A stretch of 64,000 nucleotides of DNA from Bryobacterales bacterium (GCA_027452065.1 DAIDHC010000036.1:2589-66588); one strand, 5' to 3'. Numbered from the stretch's first letter, positions 10,973 through 23,536 are shown. Numbers and translations: made by a program. Notes: a model not told the origin generated them from the letters alone.

Positions 10973-11383
10973 CTAGCTTCGGTAGCGCCGCTTCACACGC
11001 AATTGGGCAAGGGAGCGAGCCAGCGAGGCATTGATCGTCGCTACCTCCTCGTCCGACAATTTCTCGCGGAGCCGGGCTTCCGCGCGCCGCTTCGCTTCTT
11101 CCGCCTTGGCTTCATCAATGCGGTCCGCCGCAATCGCCAGGTCGGTCAAAACCGAAACTCGATGGGGCGTGACTTCGATGAGGCCTTCGCCAGTCGCGAG
11201 GAACACGTCCCGGCCATCTTTCCGTACAATAATCTCGCCCGGTACCATTTCGGTCGTGAGCAGCGTGTGTTCCGGATAAACCCCAAATTGGCCCACCACG
11301 CCCGGCAGCGTCACCATCTCCACGTCGTCCGAAAACACCTTGCCCTCGGGAGTGACGATTTCCAGTCTTAGTGTTGTGGCCAT
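10973..11383 (-). CDS. atpC: F1 ATP synthase subunit epsilon
   Basis: 136 aa starting LRLEIVTPEGKVFSDDVEMVTLPG, located downstream of atpD. Confidence 0.9.
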   Translation of the reverse strand: MATTLRLEIVTPEGKVFSDDVEMVTLPGVVGQFGVYPEHTLLTTEMVPGEIIVRKDGRDVFLATGEGLIEVTPHRVSVLTDLAIAADRIDEAKAEEAKRRAEARLREKLSDEEVATINASLARSLAQLRVKRRYRS

Positions 11384-11398
11384 ATCACCGCCAATCCG

Positions 11399-12829
<1,431 letters not shown>

Positions 12830-13702
12830 TCAACTGTTGCCGAGTTGGCCACCGGCAATTTCCAGGAGTTCTTTCGTTATGTTGCCTTGACGCAGCTTGT
12901 TATATTCGAGACTCAAGTCCTTGATCAGGGCGGTAGCGTTATCCGTGGCATTTGTCATGGCCACCATTCGGGCGCTCTGCTCGCTTGCCTTGGCTTCCAG
13001 GACAGCTCGAAACACAAATACGTTGAGGTAATTCCCAAACAGATATTTGAGAACTGCTTCCGGGCTCGGCTCAAAGAGCACTTCGCCCTCTTCGAAGGGG
13101 GTATCCCGTTCTGCTACGGCGGCGCGGATATCTGCGTTCGTGATCTCGCCGATCGGCAGCATCTCGACGACAGCCGGCTGCTGCCTCAACGTGTTAATGA
13201 ATCGCGTCGTGACAATCTGGACTTGATCCACCTCCTGTTTCAAAAACATGTCGCGTGCAAAGGCAGCTATCGGCCGGACTTCGGTGAATCTCGGCGTGTC
13301 CGTGATGCTAAACTCCGCTGCTAGCTGCCGGCGCGTGCGCGCAATGAACTGTCCCGCTCGCTTACCAACTGCGATGTAGACCGTCGATTCCGGATCAAAT
13401 TGGGAAGCGACGCGATACAAATTCGTATTCAGCGATCCGCATAGCCCTTTATCGGTGCCGATCAGAATCACAGCGCGCTTCCGAACGTCTCGTACCGCCA
13501 TCAAGGGATCGGTGAAATCAATCGCGTGAGTGGTCGCGTGGCGTTGGATGCTGTACAACAGTTGCCCAAATGGTCGAGTCCTCAGAGTCGCCTCTTGCGC
13601 TTTACGCATCTTCGATGCCGCCACCATCTGCATAGCGCGAGTGATCTGCGATGTACTCGAGATCGACTTGATGCGCCGCCGGATGTCACGAAGACTGGCC
13701 AT
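12830..13702 (-). CDS. atpG: F1 ATP synthase subunit gamma
   Basis: Starts MASLRDIRRRIKSISSTSQITRAMQMVAASKMRKAQ and ends ITKELLEIAGG. Confidence 0.95.
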   Translation of the reverse strand: MASLRDIRRRIKSISSTSQITRAMQMVAASKMRKAQEATLRTRPFGQLLYSIQRHATTHAIDFTDPLMAVRDVRKRAVILIGTDKGLCGSLNTNLYRVASQFDPESTVYIAVGKRAGQFIARTRRQLAAEFSITDTPRFTEVRPIAAFARDMFLKQEVDQVQIVTTRFINTLRQQPAVVEMLPIGEITNADIRAAVAERDTPFEEGEVLFEPSPEAVLKYLFGNYLNVFVFRAVLEAKASEQSARMVAMTNATDNATALIKDLSLEYNKLRQGNITKELLEIAGGQLGNS

Positions 13703-13705
13703 GGG

Positions 13706-15253
13706 TCACCGTTTCGTTAATCCTTCCCATGTCTGCTCAAATTCGTCAAAGGCCGCCTTCAGCTCCGCCTTCAACGTGTCGTTCAGTACCTTTTCCTTCC
13801 CGATCGTGGCGAGCAACTCGGATTTCCGTGTGGTCAGAAACTCCATTGCTTTGGTTTGGAACTCCTTAACTCGTTCCACAGGCAGCCGATCCACGTAGCC
13901 GTTCTGCACGGCCCAGAGAACTCCCACTTGAAGCTCGACGGGAATCGGGTTGTATTGAGGCTGCTTGAACACCTCCATGATGCGCTTACCCCGGTCGATC
14001 TGTGCCTGCGTCTTGGCGTCGAGATCCGACCCAAACTGTGCGAACGCGGCCAGTTCCCGGAACTGAGCAAGTTCGCCCTTCACCTGTCCGGCAACCTGTT
14101 TCATTGCTTTGATCTGGGCTGCCGAACCGACACGGGAGACGGATAGGCCAACCGAGATAGCCGGTCGGATGCCTTGGTAGAACAAATCTGATTCCAGATA
14201 AATCTGTCCGTCGGTAATCGAGATGACGTTGGTGGGGATATAGGCAGAAACATCGCCGGCTTGCGTTTCGATGATGGGAAGGGCCGTCACTGAACCATTG
14301 CCATACTTCTCGCTGACGCGAGCCGCGCGTTCGAGCAACCGGCTATGAAGGTAGAACACGTCGCCGGGAAAGGCCTCGCGGCCCGATGGCCGTTTCAATA
14401 CCAAGGACACCTGCCGGTAGGCCACGGCGTGCTTGGACAAGTCGTCATATACAATCAGCGCGTCCATGCCATGGTCCATGAACCATTCGCCCATCGCGGC
14501 CCCGGCAAATGGCGCAAGATATTGGTTTGTGGCCGAGTCGGAGGCTGGAGAAGCCACGACAATGGTATACGGCATCGCGTCGGCTTCCTCGAGAACCGCG
14601 ATAACCCTTGCGACGGTCGATTGTTTTTGACCGATCGCGACGTAAATGGAATATAGCGGACGATAGTCCTGGTTCCCTGCCGCTTCCGCAGCCCTGTTCA
14701 ACCGAGCCTGGCTGATGATGGTGTCAATGCAAATTGTTGTCTTGCCGGTCGATCGATCTCCGATGATGAGCTCACGCTGACCGCGGCCGATCGGAATCAT
14801 CGCGTCGATCGGCATTATCCCTGTCTGCACCGGTTGGCTGACCGACTGACGGCGAATAATGCCGGGCGCCATTTTCTCGACCGGATATGCAACGTCACTT
14901 TTGATTGGGCCCTTACCGTCGAGAGGCTCGCCCAGGGTATTCACAACACGCCCCAGCAGGCCCATTCCGACCGGTACTTGCAAAAGCTTACCCGTGGTGC
15001 GCGCTTCCCCACCCTCTTCCAGTCGGGTATAGTCGCCGAGTATGATTACACCAACCTCGGACTCCTCGAGATTCAGTGCTAAGCCAGTGATGCCGTGGCC
15101 GAGATCAATCATCTCGTTGAGCATCGCATCAGTGAGGCCTTCTACTTTGGCTACACCATCACCGACCTCGCGAATGATGCCCACGTTTTGTCTTACGGGT
15201 GCCACCTTCGCGGCCGCGATTTGCGCTTCGATTTCCTGTAGTAGGGTCGACAC
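13706..15253 (-). CDS. atpA: F1 ATP synthase subunit alpha
   Basis: Walker [10 protein letters not shown]; 515 aa in the alpha position of the operon. Confidence 0.97.
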   Translation of the reverse strand: MSTLLQEIEAQIAAAKVAPVRQNVGIIREVGDGVAKVEGLTDAMLNEMIDLGHGITGLALNLEESEVGVIILGDYTRLEEGGEARTTGKLLQVPVGMGLLGRVVNTLGEPLDGKGPIKSDVAYPVEKMAPGIIRRQSVSQPVQTGIMPIDAMIPIGRGQRELIIGDRSTGKTTICIDTIISQARLNRAAEAAGNQDYRPLYSIYVAIGQKQSTVARVIAVLEEADAMPYTIVVASPASDSATNQYLAPFAGAAMGEWFMDHGMDALIVYDDLSKHAVAYRQVSLVLKRPSGREAFPGDVFYLHSRLLERAARVSEKYGNGSVTALPIIETQAGDVSAYIPTNVISITDGQIYLESDLFYQGIRPAISVGLSVSRVGSAAQIKAMKQVAGQVKGELAQFRELAAFAQFGSDLDAKTQAQIDRGKRIMEVFKQPQYNPIPVELQVGVLWAVQNGYVDRLPVERVKEFQTKAMEFLTTRKSELLATIGKEKVLNDTLKAELKAAFDEFEQTWEGLTKR

Positions 15254-15265
15254 AGAAACCTCTCT

Positions 15266-15658
15266 TCAAAAACTCTTCTTTAATGCCGCTAATCCGAACC
15301 GGACGCTGCCGTCATAGACATCACTACCCACCTGGATGCGCATACCGCCGATTAACGACGGACACTCAGCGAATGTGATTGCTAACCCTGGGCCATAGAG
15401 ACGTGTCAAGTCGGCCCTGGTGGCAGCCTCTAACTCGGCAGGCAAGGCTCTCGCACTCTCAACGGTGGCGCTGTGTCGCGCGCAGTCAAGTCTCACCAGT
15501 CGGACGAACTCCGAGAGGATGGCTGGACATTTCCGGCAACCAGCCGCGGCGAGATGTTGGACGACCTGCCGGACACGATTCTCATCAAGCAAGGTGTTCA
15601 CGAGGCAATACCGAAACAGTTGCTTGGCTTCGCGCTTGGCTCGTTTGTTCGTATTCAT
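15266..15658 (-). CDS. atpH: F1 ATP synthase subunit delta (OSCP), unusually short at 130 aa
   Basis: The C-terminal LIGGMRIQVGSDVYDGSVRFGL matches the delta/OSCP C-domain. The gene sits between atpF and atpA, and no upstream in-frame extension is possible because the atpF stop is at 15661. Confidence 0.8.
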   Translation of the reverse strand: MNTNKRAKREAKQLFRYCLVNTLLDENRVRQVVQHLAAAGCRKCPAILSEFVRLVRLDCARHSATVESARALPAELEAATRADLTRLYGPGLAITFAECPSLIGGMRIQVGSDVYDGSVRFGLAALKKSF

Positions 15659-15660
15659 TG

Positions 15661-16206
15661 CTACGCCGCCACTTGCTTCGCGGTCTCCTCTGCGAGACGC
15701 CGGTGATCCTCCGGAGTTAGAATCTTCCCCGTCACCGTCGAGGTGGTCTGCACTACCAGCCGGCCGACTTCGCGTTTGAGTTCGGCAAGCATTCGATCGT
15801 GATCCAACATAGCCGATTCGCGCGCCTTGATCACGATCTGTTCTGCGGCGGCAATAGCTTTCTGGATTTCCTCCTGACGAACGTGAGCGGCCGCAATCCG
15901 GGCTTCCTCCATCGCATGAGCGGCCTGAGCGTACGCCTGCGCCATCACCTCCCGGCGCTGAGACTCGGTCTTGTCCAATTCCGCTTTGATCTTCTCAGCG
16001 TTCGCAAGTCCCAGGGCGATCTGCTGACGCCGCTCTTCCAACATTGCGAGAACGGGCCGATACGCGAACTTGTAGAGCACGGCGCAGACAATGCTGAAGC
16101 TAATGGTTTGCGCTGCCAGATGCGCCCAGTCCACGCCGAAGGTCCGGGCGATCTCTGCTACTTGCCCGCCCCCCTCCTGTGCCGCCAATAGTATGAAGGC
16201 AATCAT
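15661..16206 (-). CDS. atpF: Fo ATP synthase subunit b
   Basis: One N-terminal TM helix followed by a long charged coiled coil; operon position fits. Confidence 0.88.
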   Translation of the reverse strand: MIAFILLAAQEGGGQVAEIARTFGVDWAHLAAQTISFSIVCAVLYKFAYRPVLAMLEERRQQIALGLANAEKIKAELDKTESQRREVMAQAYAQAAHAMEEARIAAAHVRQEEIQKAIAAAEQIVIKARESAMLDHDRMLAELKREVGRLVVQTTSTVTGKILTPEDHRRLAEETAKQVAA

Positions 16207-16227
16207 TTTCGCAGCAGTCCTCTGCTC

Positions 16228-16464
16228 TCACTTCACCAAAAACAGCGTGTAGAAGACTATCGCCTCAGCGAATGCGATAGCCAGAATGGATTGGACCAAG
16301 ACCTTGGTAGCTGCGCCGGGATTTCGTCCCACAGCGGACGATGCTGCCGCGCCAATCATACCCACGCCGATGGCAGCGCCCATCGCCCCAAGTCCGACAT
16401 GGATGTTTCCGCCGAGGAGGCTTCCGCCCGCTTCGCTTGCCGCGAACAACAATAACGTTGGCAT
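16228..16464 (-). CDS. atpE: Fo ATP synthase subunit c
   Basis: 78-aa hairpin proteolipid with loop GRNPG and the carboxylate in AFAEAIVF. Confidence 0.93.
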   Translation of the reverse strand: MPTLLLFAASEAGGSLLGGNIHVGLGAMGAAIGVGMIGAAASSAVGRNPGAATKVLVQSILAIAFAEAIVFYTLFLVK

Positions 16465-16530
16465 ACGTACTTCCTTCTCCTTGTTCTATGCCGGCCAACA
16501 CGAGTTAACTCGCACGAGCCAGTTGAATTA

Positions 16531-17427
16531 TCAAGTTTCACTTTCAATTGTGGACGCCGGTACCGATTCCTCATGCTGGCAGATCAATAGTGTGAAGACG
16601 GCTGTCAAAAGCATGAAAACCAACGCTTGTACCAAGCCCACCAATAGCTCCAAAAAATAGAATGGAATCGGCAACAGCCAACCGATGCTCGGAACAAGTT
16701 TCGCCATCGTTTCCAACATATTCTCGCCGGCGAACGTGTTCCCGTAAAGACGAAAGCTCAACGAGATGGGTCGGAACAGAATTGACACAATCTCCAAGCA
16801 CCCGACGGCGAAGAACACCACAACCATCAGCACTTTCAACAGGCCGGTAGTTTCGCCCTTCGGTGCGAACAATTCCTTGAGAAATCCGCCCGGACCAACC
16901 TCTTGCATGGCCCAGACGATCCAAAGAGCAAAGAATACGAGTGCCATAGCAAGGGTGAGATTCAGGTCGGCGTTTGCGCCGCGCAATAATGGTTGATCAA
17001 CCTTGAAACCGTCGGCACTCCTATGTCCCCACCCAATGGTTCCAACTCCGGGAATCAGTCCAAACCAATTCGCCGACAAAATGAAAATGAAGATCGTTGC
17101 AAAGAACCAAAACGTTTTCTTGGCAAGGTGCGGGCCAATGACGCCTTCCAAGAAGTTGTATAGACTACCTACGAGCCATTCAAACAAGTTTTGCGCTCCA
17201 TCGGGGACCCGTTTCATGTCGCGCGTGGAGATCCGAGCGAAAACGATCAACCCAACGGCCACGATCCATGTCACAAGCATCGAATTCGTGACTGGGAATC
17301 CGAGCGGCCGCGCAATTTCCAGAGCCTTTTCGGTGAGCCCGTGCTCTGCTGGAGCCGCAAATGCGAGCCCACCCAGGGATACGAGTCCCGCGGCCACACG
17401 TGCAGATGCTTTGCTGACTACTCCCAC
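16531..17427 (-). CDS. atpB: Fo ATP synthase subunit a
   Basis: Polytopic protein with the conserved Arg motif LSFRLYGNTFAGE; first gene of the operon. Confidence 0.92.
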   Translation of the reverse strand: MGVVSKASARVAAGLVSLGGLAFAAPAEHGLTEKALEIARPLGFPVTNSMLVTWIVAVGLIVFARISTRDMKRVPDGAQNLFEWLVGSLYNFLEGVIGPHLAKKTFWFFATIFIFILSANWFGLIPGVGTIGWGHRSADGFKVDQPLLRGANADLNLTLAMALVFFALWIVWAMQEVGPGGFLKELFAPKGETTGLLKVLMVVVFFAVGCLEIVSILFRPISLSFRLYGNTFAGENMLETMAKLVPSIGWLLPIPFYFLELLVGLVQALVFMLLTAVFTLLICQHEESVPASTIESET

Positions 17428-17691
17428 GACAGAGTCCTATCCGGGGCGAATTCGAGAGCGTTGAACCATGGCTTTCGTTCGCGCATACTATTCACCCGTA
17501 TTCCCATTCCATCGAAGCGATGCAAGCTGAGAACGGTACGATGCAGTTTATCTGGGCTTAACGCTGCTCACGCGCGCGCCGCTGTGACAAGACTCGGCCG
17601 CGCTTTTCGCACAATGAAACCTGGCGCGAGAAGCGTTCTCGGCAAATGTCGCCCCCGTTGCCAAGATCCGCCGGCCATTCATGCTGCCCGC

Positions 17692-19053
17692 CTATTGCCA
17701 CCCACCGCCGAGGGCCTTATAGAGAGCAACGAGGGAGGTCAGTACGTCCCTCCGTGCCTGAGCTAGCTGCTGTTCTGCCGTAAGCCGCTGGCGTTCAGTG
17801 TCCAATACTTCGAGATAGCTGCTGACGCCGCCGACATAGCGCTGATTCGCCAGCCGGCTCTGGTCACGCAGTGTCTCGGCAAGGAGGGCTTGGCTGGTCG
17901 TGTGCTCCTTTTGCTTTTGGTATCCGACCAACGCATCAGAGACGTCGTGGAATGCTCCGTTTACGGCCTTCTGATAGCTGATCAGAAGCTCCTCGCGCTG
18001 CGCCTTCGCAATTTTATAGTTTCCGGACCGCCGGCCGGCGTCGAATATGGGCAGATCAATCACGCCGCCCACCGAGTACGCCGTGCCGCTTCTGCTAATG
18101 ACGCCCAGTAAATCGGTCGATTGAAAGCCGCCGGCAGCCGTGAGATTGATGCTTGGATAGAACGCCGCCTTCGCTACCCCGACACGGGCATTCGCGGCTA
18201 TCAGTCGCTGCTCGGCTGCCCGCAGGTCCGGTCGGCGCTCGAGCAACGAGGACGGAAGCCCGCTGGGAATTTGCGGCGGTATGGGTTGGGCGACAAGACT
18301 CAAGCCACGAACGATGGGCCCGGGAGGCTGTCCTAGAAGGAAATTGATGACATTTTCGGTTTGCTCCTGAGCACCTTCCAGAAGAGCCAGGTTCGCTTGA
18401 GCCGTATAAACCAGCGTCTTGGCTTGGTCTACGTCGAGTAAACTCCCGACGCCCCCTTCCTCTCGGGATGACACCAACTTCACTGACTCCTCTCGGGTCG
18501 CCAAAGACTCCCGAACGTACTCGATTTCCGCGTCATATTCCCTCAGGTCGAAATACGCCGACGCCACTTGAGCGACGAGAACTTGCATTATGGCCTTTTG
18601 ATTCTCCTCGACGGAAAGAAGATCGGCACGCGCGGCTTCGTTGGCGCGCCGCAGCTTGCCGAATAGATCGATCTCCCAGGAGGCAACTCCAAATACTCCT
18701 ACCGAAGATTCGATCGGCGACCTTACACCGACTCTCGCCGCACCCGCCTGGCCGTTGAGTTGCGGGAAGAGTGCCGAGCGCGTAGCGGTAAGCTGTCCTT
18801 GGGCCTCGAGCACGCGTTGCGCGGCAATCCGGATGTCGTAATTTGCTTTGAGCGACTCCTGAATTAACCCGCGAAGCGTCTCGTCCTGGAATAGATCGAA
18901 CCATTTCGTATCGCCCAGTGAGGTTTGTCCAGGCTGTGGCTCGCCACCACGGAATTGCGGGGGGGCTGGCACGTCGGGTCGCTTGTAGTTGGGACCCACT
19001 GTGCAACCTGTCAACGCAGCCGTCATGCAGACGATGAGAACTGTACGGTGCAC
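17692..19053 (-). CDS. RND efflux outer-membrane factor lipoprotein (NodT/OprM family)
   Basis: Lipobox LTGC followed by TVGPNYKRP; C-terminus ALYKALGGGW. Confidence 0.9.
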   Translation of the reverse strand: MHRTVLIVCMTAALTGCTVGPNYKRPDVPAPPQFRGGEPQPGQTSLGDTKWFDLFQDETLRGLIQESLKANYDIRIAAQRVLEAQGQLTATRSALFPQLNGQAGAARVGVRSPIESSVGVFGVASWEIDLFGKLRRANEAARADLLSVEENQKAIMQVLVAQVASAYFDLREYDAEIEYVRESLATREESVKLVSSREEGGVGSLLDVDQAKTLVYTAQANLALLEGAQEQTENVINFLLGQPPGPIVRGLSLVAQPIPPQIPSGLPSSLLERRPDLRAAEQRLIAANARVGVAKAAFYPSINLTAAGGFQSTDLLGVISRSGTAYSVGGVIDLPIFDAGRRSGNYKIAKAQREELLISYQKAVNGAFHDVSDALVGYQKQKEHTTSQALLAETLRDQSRLANQRYVGGVSSYLEVLDTERQRLTAEQQLAQARRDVLTSLVALYKALGGGWQ

Positions 19054-22000
19054 TAGTGATGTACCCCCTCCAGCGCTGGCTGGTTCGCAGGCACGGCAGG
19101 GACCCCTCCCTGGATAGCCTTTCGATTGCCGCTCACAAGGTATGCGGCACTTTGGACTACCACATAAAGCGTCGGAATGAAGAATAGGCCTACAGTGGAT
19201 GCCGTCAACATCCCTGCGAATACCGCAATCCCAATGCTGACGCGGGCGGCAGCGCCTGCGCCACTTGCCATGACCAGCGGAATCACGCCGAGAATGAACG
19301 CGAATGCAGTCATCATGATGGGGCGAAAGCGGAGCTTTGCACCCTCTTTAGCCGCCGCCACCAGGCTGAACCCTTGCTTCTCGTGATATTCCTTCGCGAA
19401 CTCCACGATCAAGATCGCGTTCTTCGCCGCCAATCCCATCAGCGCGACGATACCGATCTGAACGTACAGGTTGTTTTCCAAGCCAACTGCACTAACGCCG
19501 AGGAATGCGCCAAACACACAGATGGGCAGGCCCAACAGTACAGAAAACGGAACGGCCCAACTCTCATATTGGGCTGCCAGCACCAGGAACACGAAGACCA
19601 TGGCCATACCGAAAATCGGCCCCTGCGTGCCACCGGCCTCCTTCTCCTGGTAGGCGATACTGGTCCATTCGAAACCGTAGCCGCCGGGAAGCTCCTTTGC
19701 GGCCAGATTGTCCATAATATCGAGCGCCTGTCCCGTCGAAATACCCGGCCCGTTCGCCCCGTTGATTTCTGCCGTCCGGAACATGTTATAGCGTTGTAAG
19801 ATGTCCGGGCCCGTCGTCATTTTGATGGTCCCGATCGTGGACATCGGCACCATGGAGTCGTCGCTGGAACGAAGATAGATATCATTGATGCTCTCGGGCG
19901 ATTTGCGGAAATCTTGTTCTGCCTGTATCATCACTTTGTACGTTCGTCCAAAGAGATTGAAGTCATTGACCTGAAGCCCCCCCAAATAGATCTGCAATCC
20001 GCGAAACACATCATTGACAGGAATGTTCAACGTGCGTGCCTTATCGCGATCGATCTCCAATTTGATTTGCGGAATGGAAGTGCTGTAGGCCGAGTAGATG
20101 CCGGTGAGTTCCTTTTGTGTGGCCATCGCCTGCATGAACTTTGCCTTTACCGCATCCAGTTCCTGGGGAGTTCGTCCGGTCCTGTCTTGCAATTCGAAGA
20201 CGAATCCGGAGGCGTTGCCGAGACCGTTGATGGGTGGTGGCGGGAACACCAGTGCAACTGCTTCCGGATAGGCGGAGAATTTCTTCTGCGCTGCTGTCAG
20301 GATCGCCTTGAGTTGTTCTTTGGCGTCTTTCCTCTCCTCCCATGGCTTAAGCATCACGATCAACGAGGCATTATTCGAAGTGTAGGTGTTGGTCAGAACA
20401 TTGAGTCCGCCCAAGGTCAGGACTTCCGCCACGCCCGGAACACCCTTCAGATCCGCCTCTGCCCGCCGCATCAATTGATCAGTACGCTCCATCGAGGCGC
20501 CATCGGGGAGATTGAATACCGTGAAGAAGTAACCCTGGTCTTCGTTTGGCACGAAACCGGACGGCAGCTTCATTAGAAGACTGCCAGCTCCCAACCACAG
20601 TCCGGCAAGACAGGCAAGGGCGATCGTCACTCTGCGTAAAAAGAATCCCACGCCACCGAGATACCCGTCCGTCGTCTTGTTGAACACCTTGTTAAAGCCG
20701 CGCAGAAAGCCACCGACGGGACCGCGGATCTCCTTCCGCGGCCTGAGCAGCATCTGGCAGAGGGCCGGCGTAAGCGTCAGAGCCACGATGACCGACAGGA
20801 TCACCGAGATCGAAATCGTGAGGGCGAACTGTCGATACATCTGGCCAGTGATCCCCCCCATGAACGAGACCGGCACGAACACCGCGCACAAGACGAGGCC
20901 GATAGCGATCACCGGGCCGCTCACTTCGTCCATCGCCTTTTCGGTGGCTGCCAGCGGGCTAAGGCCGTGCTCGATGTGATGTTCCACAGCCTCCACCACC
21001 ACAATCGCGTCGTCCACGACGATACCTACCGCCAGCACAATTGCGAGCATCGTCAGGGTATTGATGGAAAAGCCCATAACCGCAAATGCCCCAAACGTCC
21101 CCACGAGCGAAACGGGCACGGCTAACATCGGAATGAACGTTGCTCGGATATTGCCCAGGAAAATGAAAACCACAATCAGTACGAGTATGATGGCATCTCT
21201 GAGGGCGAGAAAGACCTCGTGAATCGCGACTCTGACGAACTCCGTCGTGTCGAGAGAGATGCGGAATTTCATTCCGGGAGGAAGAGACTTCTCTGCGCCG
21301 TCAAGCAGTTTTCGCACGCTATCCACCGTCTGAATGGCGTTGGCGCCCGGAAGTTGATAGATGATGAGCAGAGTTGCCGGAATACCGTCCTTGCGACCAA
21401 AACTGGTGTAGCTCTTGCCTGAGAGTTCAGTACGCGAGAGATCCTTCATCCTCAGGATCGATCCATCGGACTGAGTGCGCACAATCATGTTTTCGAACTC
21501 AGCGGGTTCCGTGAGTCGGCCCTTGACGTTCACTGTGTACTGGAACTGCGTGTCGGCCTTGGTGGGTGGCTGTCCTACCTGCCCAGCAGGGGCCACCAGG
21601 TTCTGCTCGCTTATCACATTGGCGAGATCTGAGCCTGTAAGTCCGAGCTTGGCCAGCTTATCCGGACGGACCCAGAACCGCATGGCATAGTCACGTTGGC
21701 CAACAATCATCGTTGAACCAACGCCGGGAGTCCGCGCGATCGGGTCGACCAGATTAATTGAAGTATAGTTGGACAGGAACGTTGCATCGTACGTGCTGTC
21801 AGGGGAGTAGATCGATATCGCCAGAAGAATGTCGGGCGACTTCTTCTTGACCGAAATACCGTAAGAAATGGCTTCCTGCGGCAGTTTAGCGTAGGCCTTG
21901 TTCACTCGATTGTTGATGTCAACGTTGGCCAGGTCGAGATTCGTTCCCACCTTGAACGTGCACGTAAGTACATAACGCCCATCGCTCGACGATTTTGAAG

Positions 22001-22235
22001 ACATGTAAATCATGTTTTCGGCGCCGTTGACTTCAGCTTCCACATTAGTCGCGATGGACTGCTCCACTGTTTCGGCATTCGCACCGGGGTAATTAATCTC
22101 GACTTCGACCGTCGGAGGCGAGATCTGAGGATACTGCGCAATGGGGAGAGTGAAAATGCTAAGGCCGCCGGCGATGAGGATGATCAATGAGATGACAATC
22201 GCGAAGACCGGACGATGGATGAAGAATCTCGCCAT
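19053..22235 (-). CDS. RND multidrug efflux permease (AcrB/HAE1 family)
   Basis: 1060 aa starting MARFFIHRPVFAIVISL, with duplicated 6-TM plus large-loop architecture. Confidence 0.94.
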   Translation of the reverse strand: MARFFIHRPVFAIVISLIILIAGGLSIFTLPIAQYPQISPPTVEVEINYPGANAETVEQSIATNVEAEVNGAENMIYMSSKSSSDGRYVLTCTFKVGTNLDLANVDINNRVNKAYAKLPQEAISYGISVKKKSPDILLAISIYSPDSTYDATFLSNYTSINLVDPIARTPGVGSTMIVGQRDYAMRFWVRPDKLAKLGLTGSDLANVISEQNLVAPAGQVGQPPTKADTQFQYTVNVKGRLTEPAEFENMIVRTQSDGSILRMKDLSRTELSGKSYTSFGRKDGIPATLLIIYQLPGANAIQTVDSVRKLLDGAEKSLPPGMKFRISLDTTEFVRVAIHEVFLALRDAIILVLIVVFIFLGNIRATFIPMLAVPVSLVGTFGAFAVMGFSINTLTMLAIVLAVGIVVDDAIVVVEAVEHHIEHGLSPLAATEKAMDEVSGPVIAIGLVLCAVFVPVSFMGGITGQMYRQFALTISISVILSVIVALTLTPALCQMLLRPRKEIRGPVGGFLRGFNKVFNKTTDGYLGGVGFFLRRVTIALACLAGLWLGAGSLLMKLPSGFVPNEDQGYFFTVFNLPDGASMERTDQLMRRAEADLKGVPGVAEVLTLGGLNVLTNTYTSNNASLIVMLKPWEERKDAKEQLKAILTAAQKKFSAYPEAVALVFPPPPINGLGNASGFVFELQDRTGRTPQELDAVKAKFMQAMATQKELTGIYSAYSTSIPQIKLEIDRDKARTLNIPVNDVFRGLQIYLGGLQVNDFNLFGRTYKVMIQAEQDFRKSPESINDIYLRSSDDSMVPMSTIGTIKMTTGPDILQRYNMFRTAEINGANGPGISTGQALDIMDNLAAKELPGGYGFEWTSIAYQEKEAGGTQGPIFGMAMVFVFLVLAAQYESWAVPFSVLLGLPICVFGAFLGVSAVGLENNLYVQIGIVALMGLAAKNAILIVEFAKEYHEKQGFSLVAAAKEGAKLRFRPIMMTAFAFILGVIPLVMASGAGAAARVSIGIAVFAGMLTASTVGLFFIPTLYVVVQSAAYLVSGNRKAIQGGVPAVPANQPALEGVHH

Positions 22236-22237
22236 AA

Positions 22238-23536
22238 CTACTCCGCTCGGTTCGCGGCGGTTTCGGAGCTCATGGCCTGTGCAGTCGGATTCACCGTCGC
22301 GCCTGGGCGGGCTTTCTGAAGTCCCTCCACAATGACCCGATCGCCCGCCTTAACGCCTTCGGTGATGATGTAGTCCTGGCCCACCCGATCGCCCAGAGTA
22401 ACGCTGCGCAACGAGACCTTGTTGTCATCTCCGACGACGTAGACGACCTTGGCGCTCTGGATTTCCGTGACTGCCTTCTGCGGTACGAGCAAGGCGTTCT
22501 CTGCCACAGTAGCCGCCAGGCGAACACGCCCGAACTGCCCCGGCCGAAGCAGAGCAGTCGGATTGCGAAACTCCGCAATTAGACTCAACGTGCCGGTCTT
22601 AACGTCCACGGCGCGATCGGCAATTATGAGGTGGCCTTTCTCGGGAAACACCGAGCCGTCTGCCAGAATCAACTCCAGGTCGGCCATTTTGCCCTTCGAC
22701 TTCCCTTCGGATCGGAGGCGCTGATACTTCAGATAGTCGCTCTCGCTGATGCTGATGTAGACGCGCATCGGATCGACGTTGGACACAGTCGTCAACAAAG
22801 TCGCCTCGTTGTTTCCTACCAAATTTCCTGGTGCTACCTGACGTGTACCTGCTATGCCCGCGATGGGCGTCGTGACCGTGCAGTACTCCACGTTCAACTC
22901 CGCCTGCCGGATACTCGCTTTCGCGGCCTCTACGGCCGCTCGTGCCTGCTCGATTGCCGCGGTTTGGTTTACTTTGGCTGTGTTTAGCGATGCCTTCTTG
23001 CCTTCCACGTCGGCTCTCGCTCCCTGCTGAAAGGCCAGCGCATCATCGTAGTCCTGTTGGGGCACCGCGCGCTGTTCGGCGAGAGGCTTCAGACGTTTGA
23101 CGTCCTGATTGGTCTTGTTCAATTGTGCCAGCGCAATGTTGAGATTGGCTTCCGCGGTATCGACGACGGTCTTGTCCTGAGCCTGCGCTAAGTCCGCTTG
23201 TGCCCTCGCGAGTTGGGCTTTTGCCTGCATGAGTTGGGCGTCGTACTCTCGCTGATCCAGTGTGAACAGGACCTGGCCGGCCTTTACCATCGTGCCTTCG
23301 GCATAGTTCTGAGTCTTCAGAAACGCCTTCACCCGCGCCCGGATATCTACCGAGTCGGTAGCATCGGTCCGCGCCGTCAGTTCGGCATACACCGGTACCG
23401 TCTTCTGCACGACGGGAGAGACCACGACCGAAACGGCCGGTGGTCCGCTCGCAGCGTTGATTTCCCTCTTCTCGCCTCCGCAGCTCGCCAGCAGGATGGC
23501 GATCACAGGCAAACACGCTGCACTTCTCGTTGGCAT
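22238..23536 (-). CDS. RND efflux periplasmic adaptor (membrane fusion protein)
   Basis: Lipobox LLASCGG and a coiled-coil hairpin region. ATG 23536 follows GGAAGGAG, so the annotated ORF start at 23632 is probably too long. Confidence 0.86.
   Translation of the reverse strand: MPTRSAACLPVIAILLASCGGEKREINAASGPPAVSVVVSPVVQKTVPVYAELTARTDATDSVDIRARVKAFLKTQNYAEGTMVKAGQVLFTLDQREYDAQLMQAKAQLARAQADLAQAQDKTVVDTAEANLNIALAQLNKTNQDVKRLKPLAEQRAVPQQDYDDALAFQQGARADVEGKKASLNTAKVNQTAAIEQARAAVEAAKASIRQAELNVEYCTVTTPIAGIAGTRQVAPGNLVGNNEATLLTTVSNVDPMRVYISISESDYLKYQRLRSEGKSKGKMADLELILADGSVFPEKGHLIIADRAVDVKTGTLSLIAEFRNPTALLRPGQFGRVRLAATVAENALLVPQKAVTEIQSAKVVYVVGDDNKVSLRSVTLGDRVGQDYIITEGVKAGDRVIVEGLQKARPGATVNPTAQAMSSETAANRAE

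Noticed and set aside
17428-17691. atpI/atpZ-like small gene upstream of atpB
   Set aside because: The only candidate is a 44-codon minus-strand ORF starting MNGRRILATG. It is not hydrophobic and has no ribosome-binding site, so the region more likely holds the atp promoter.
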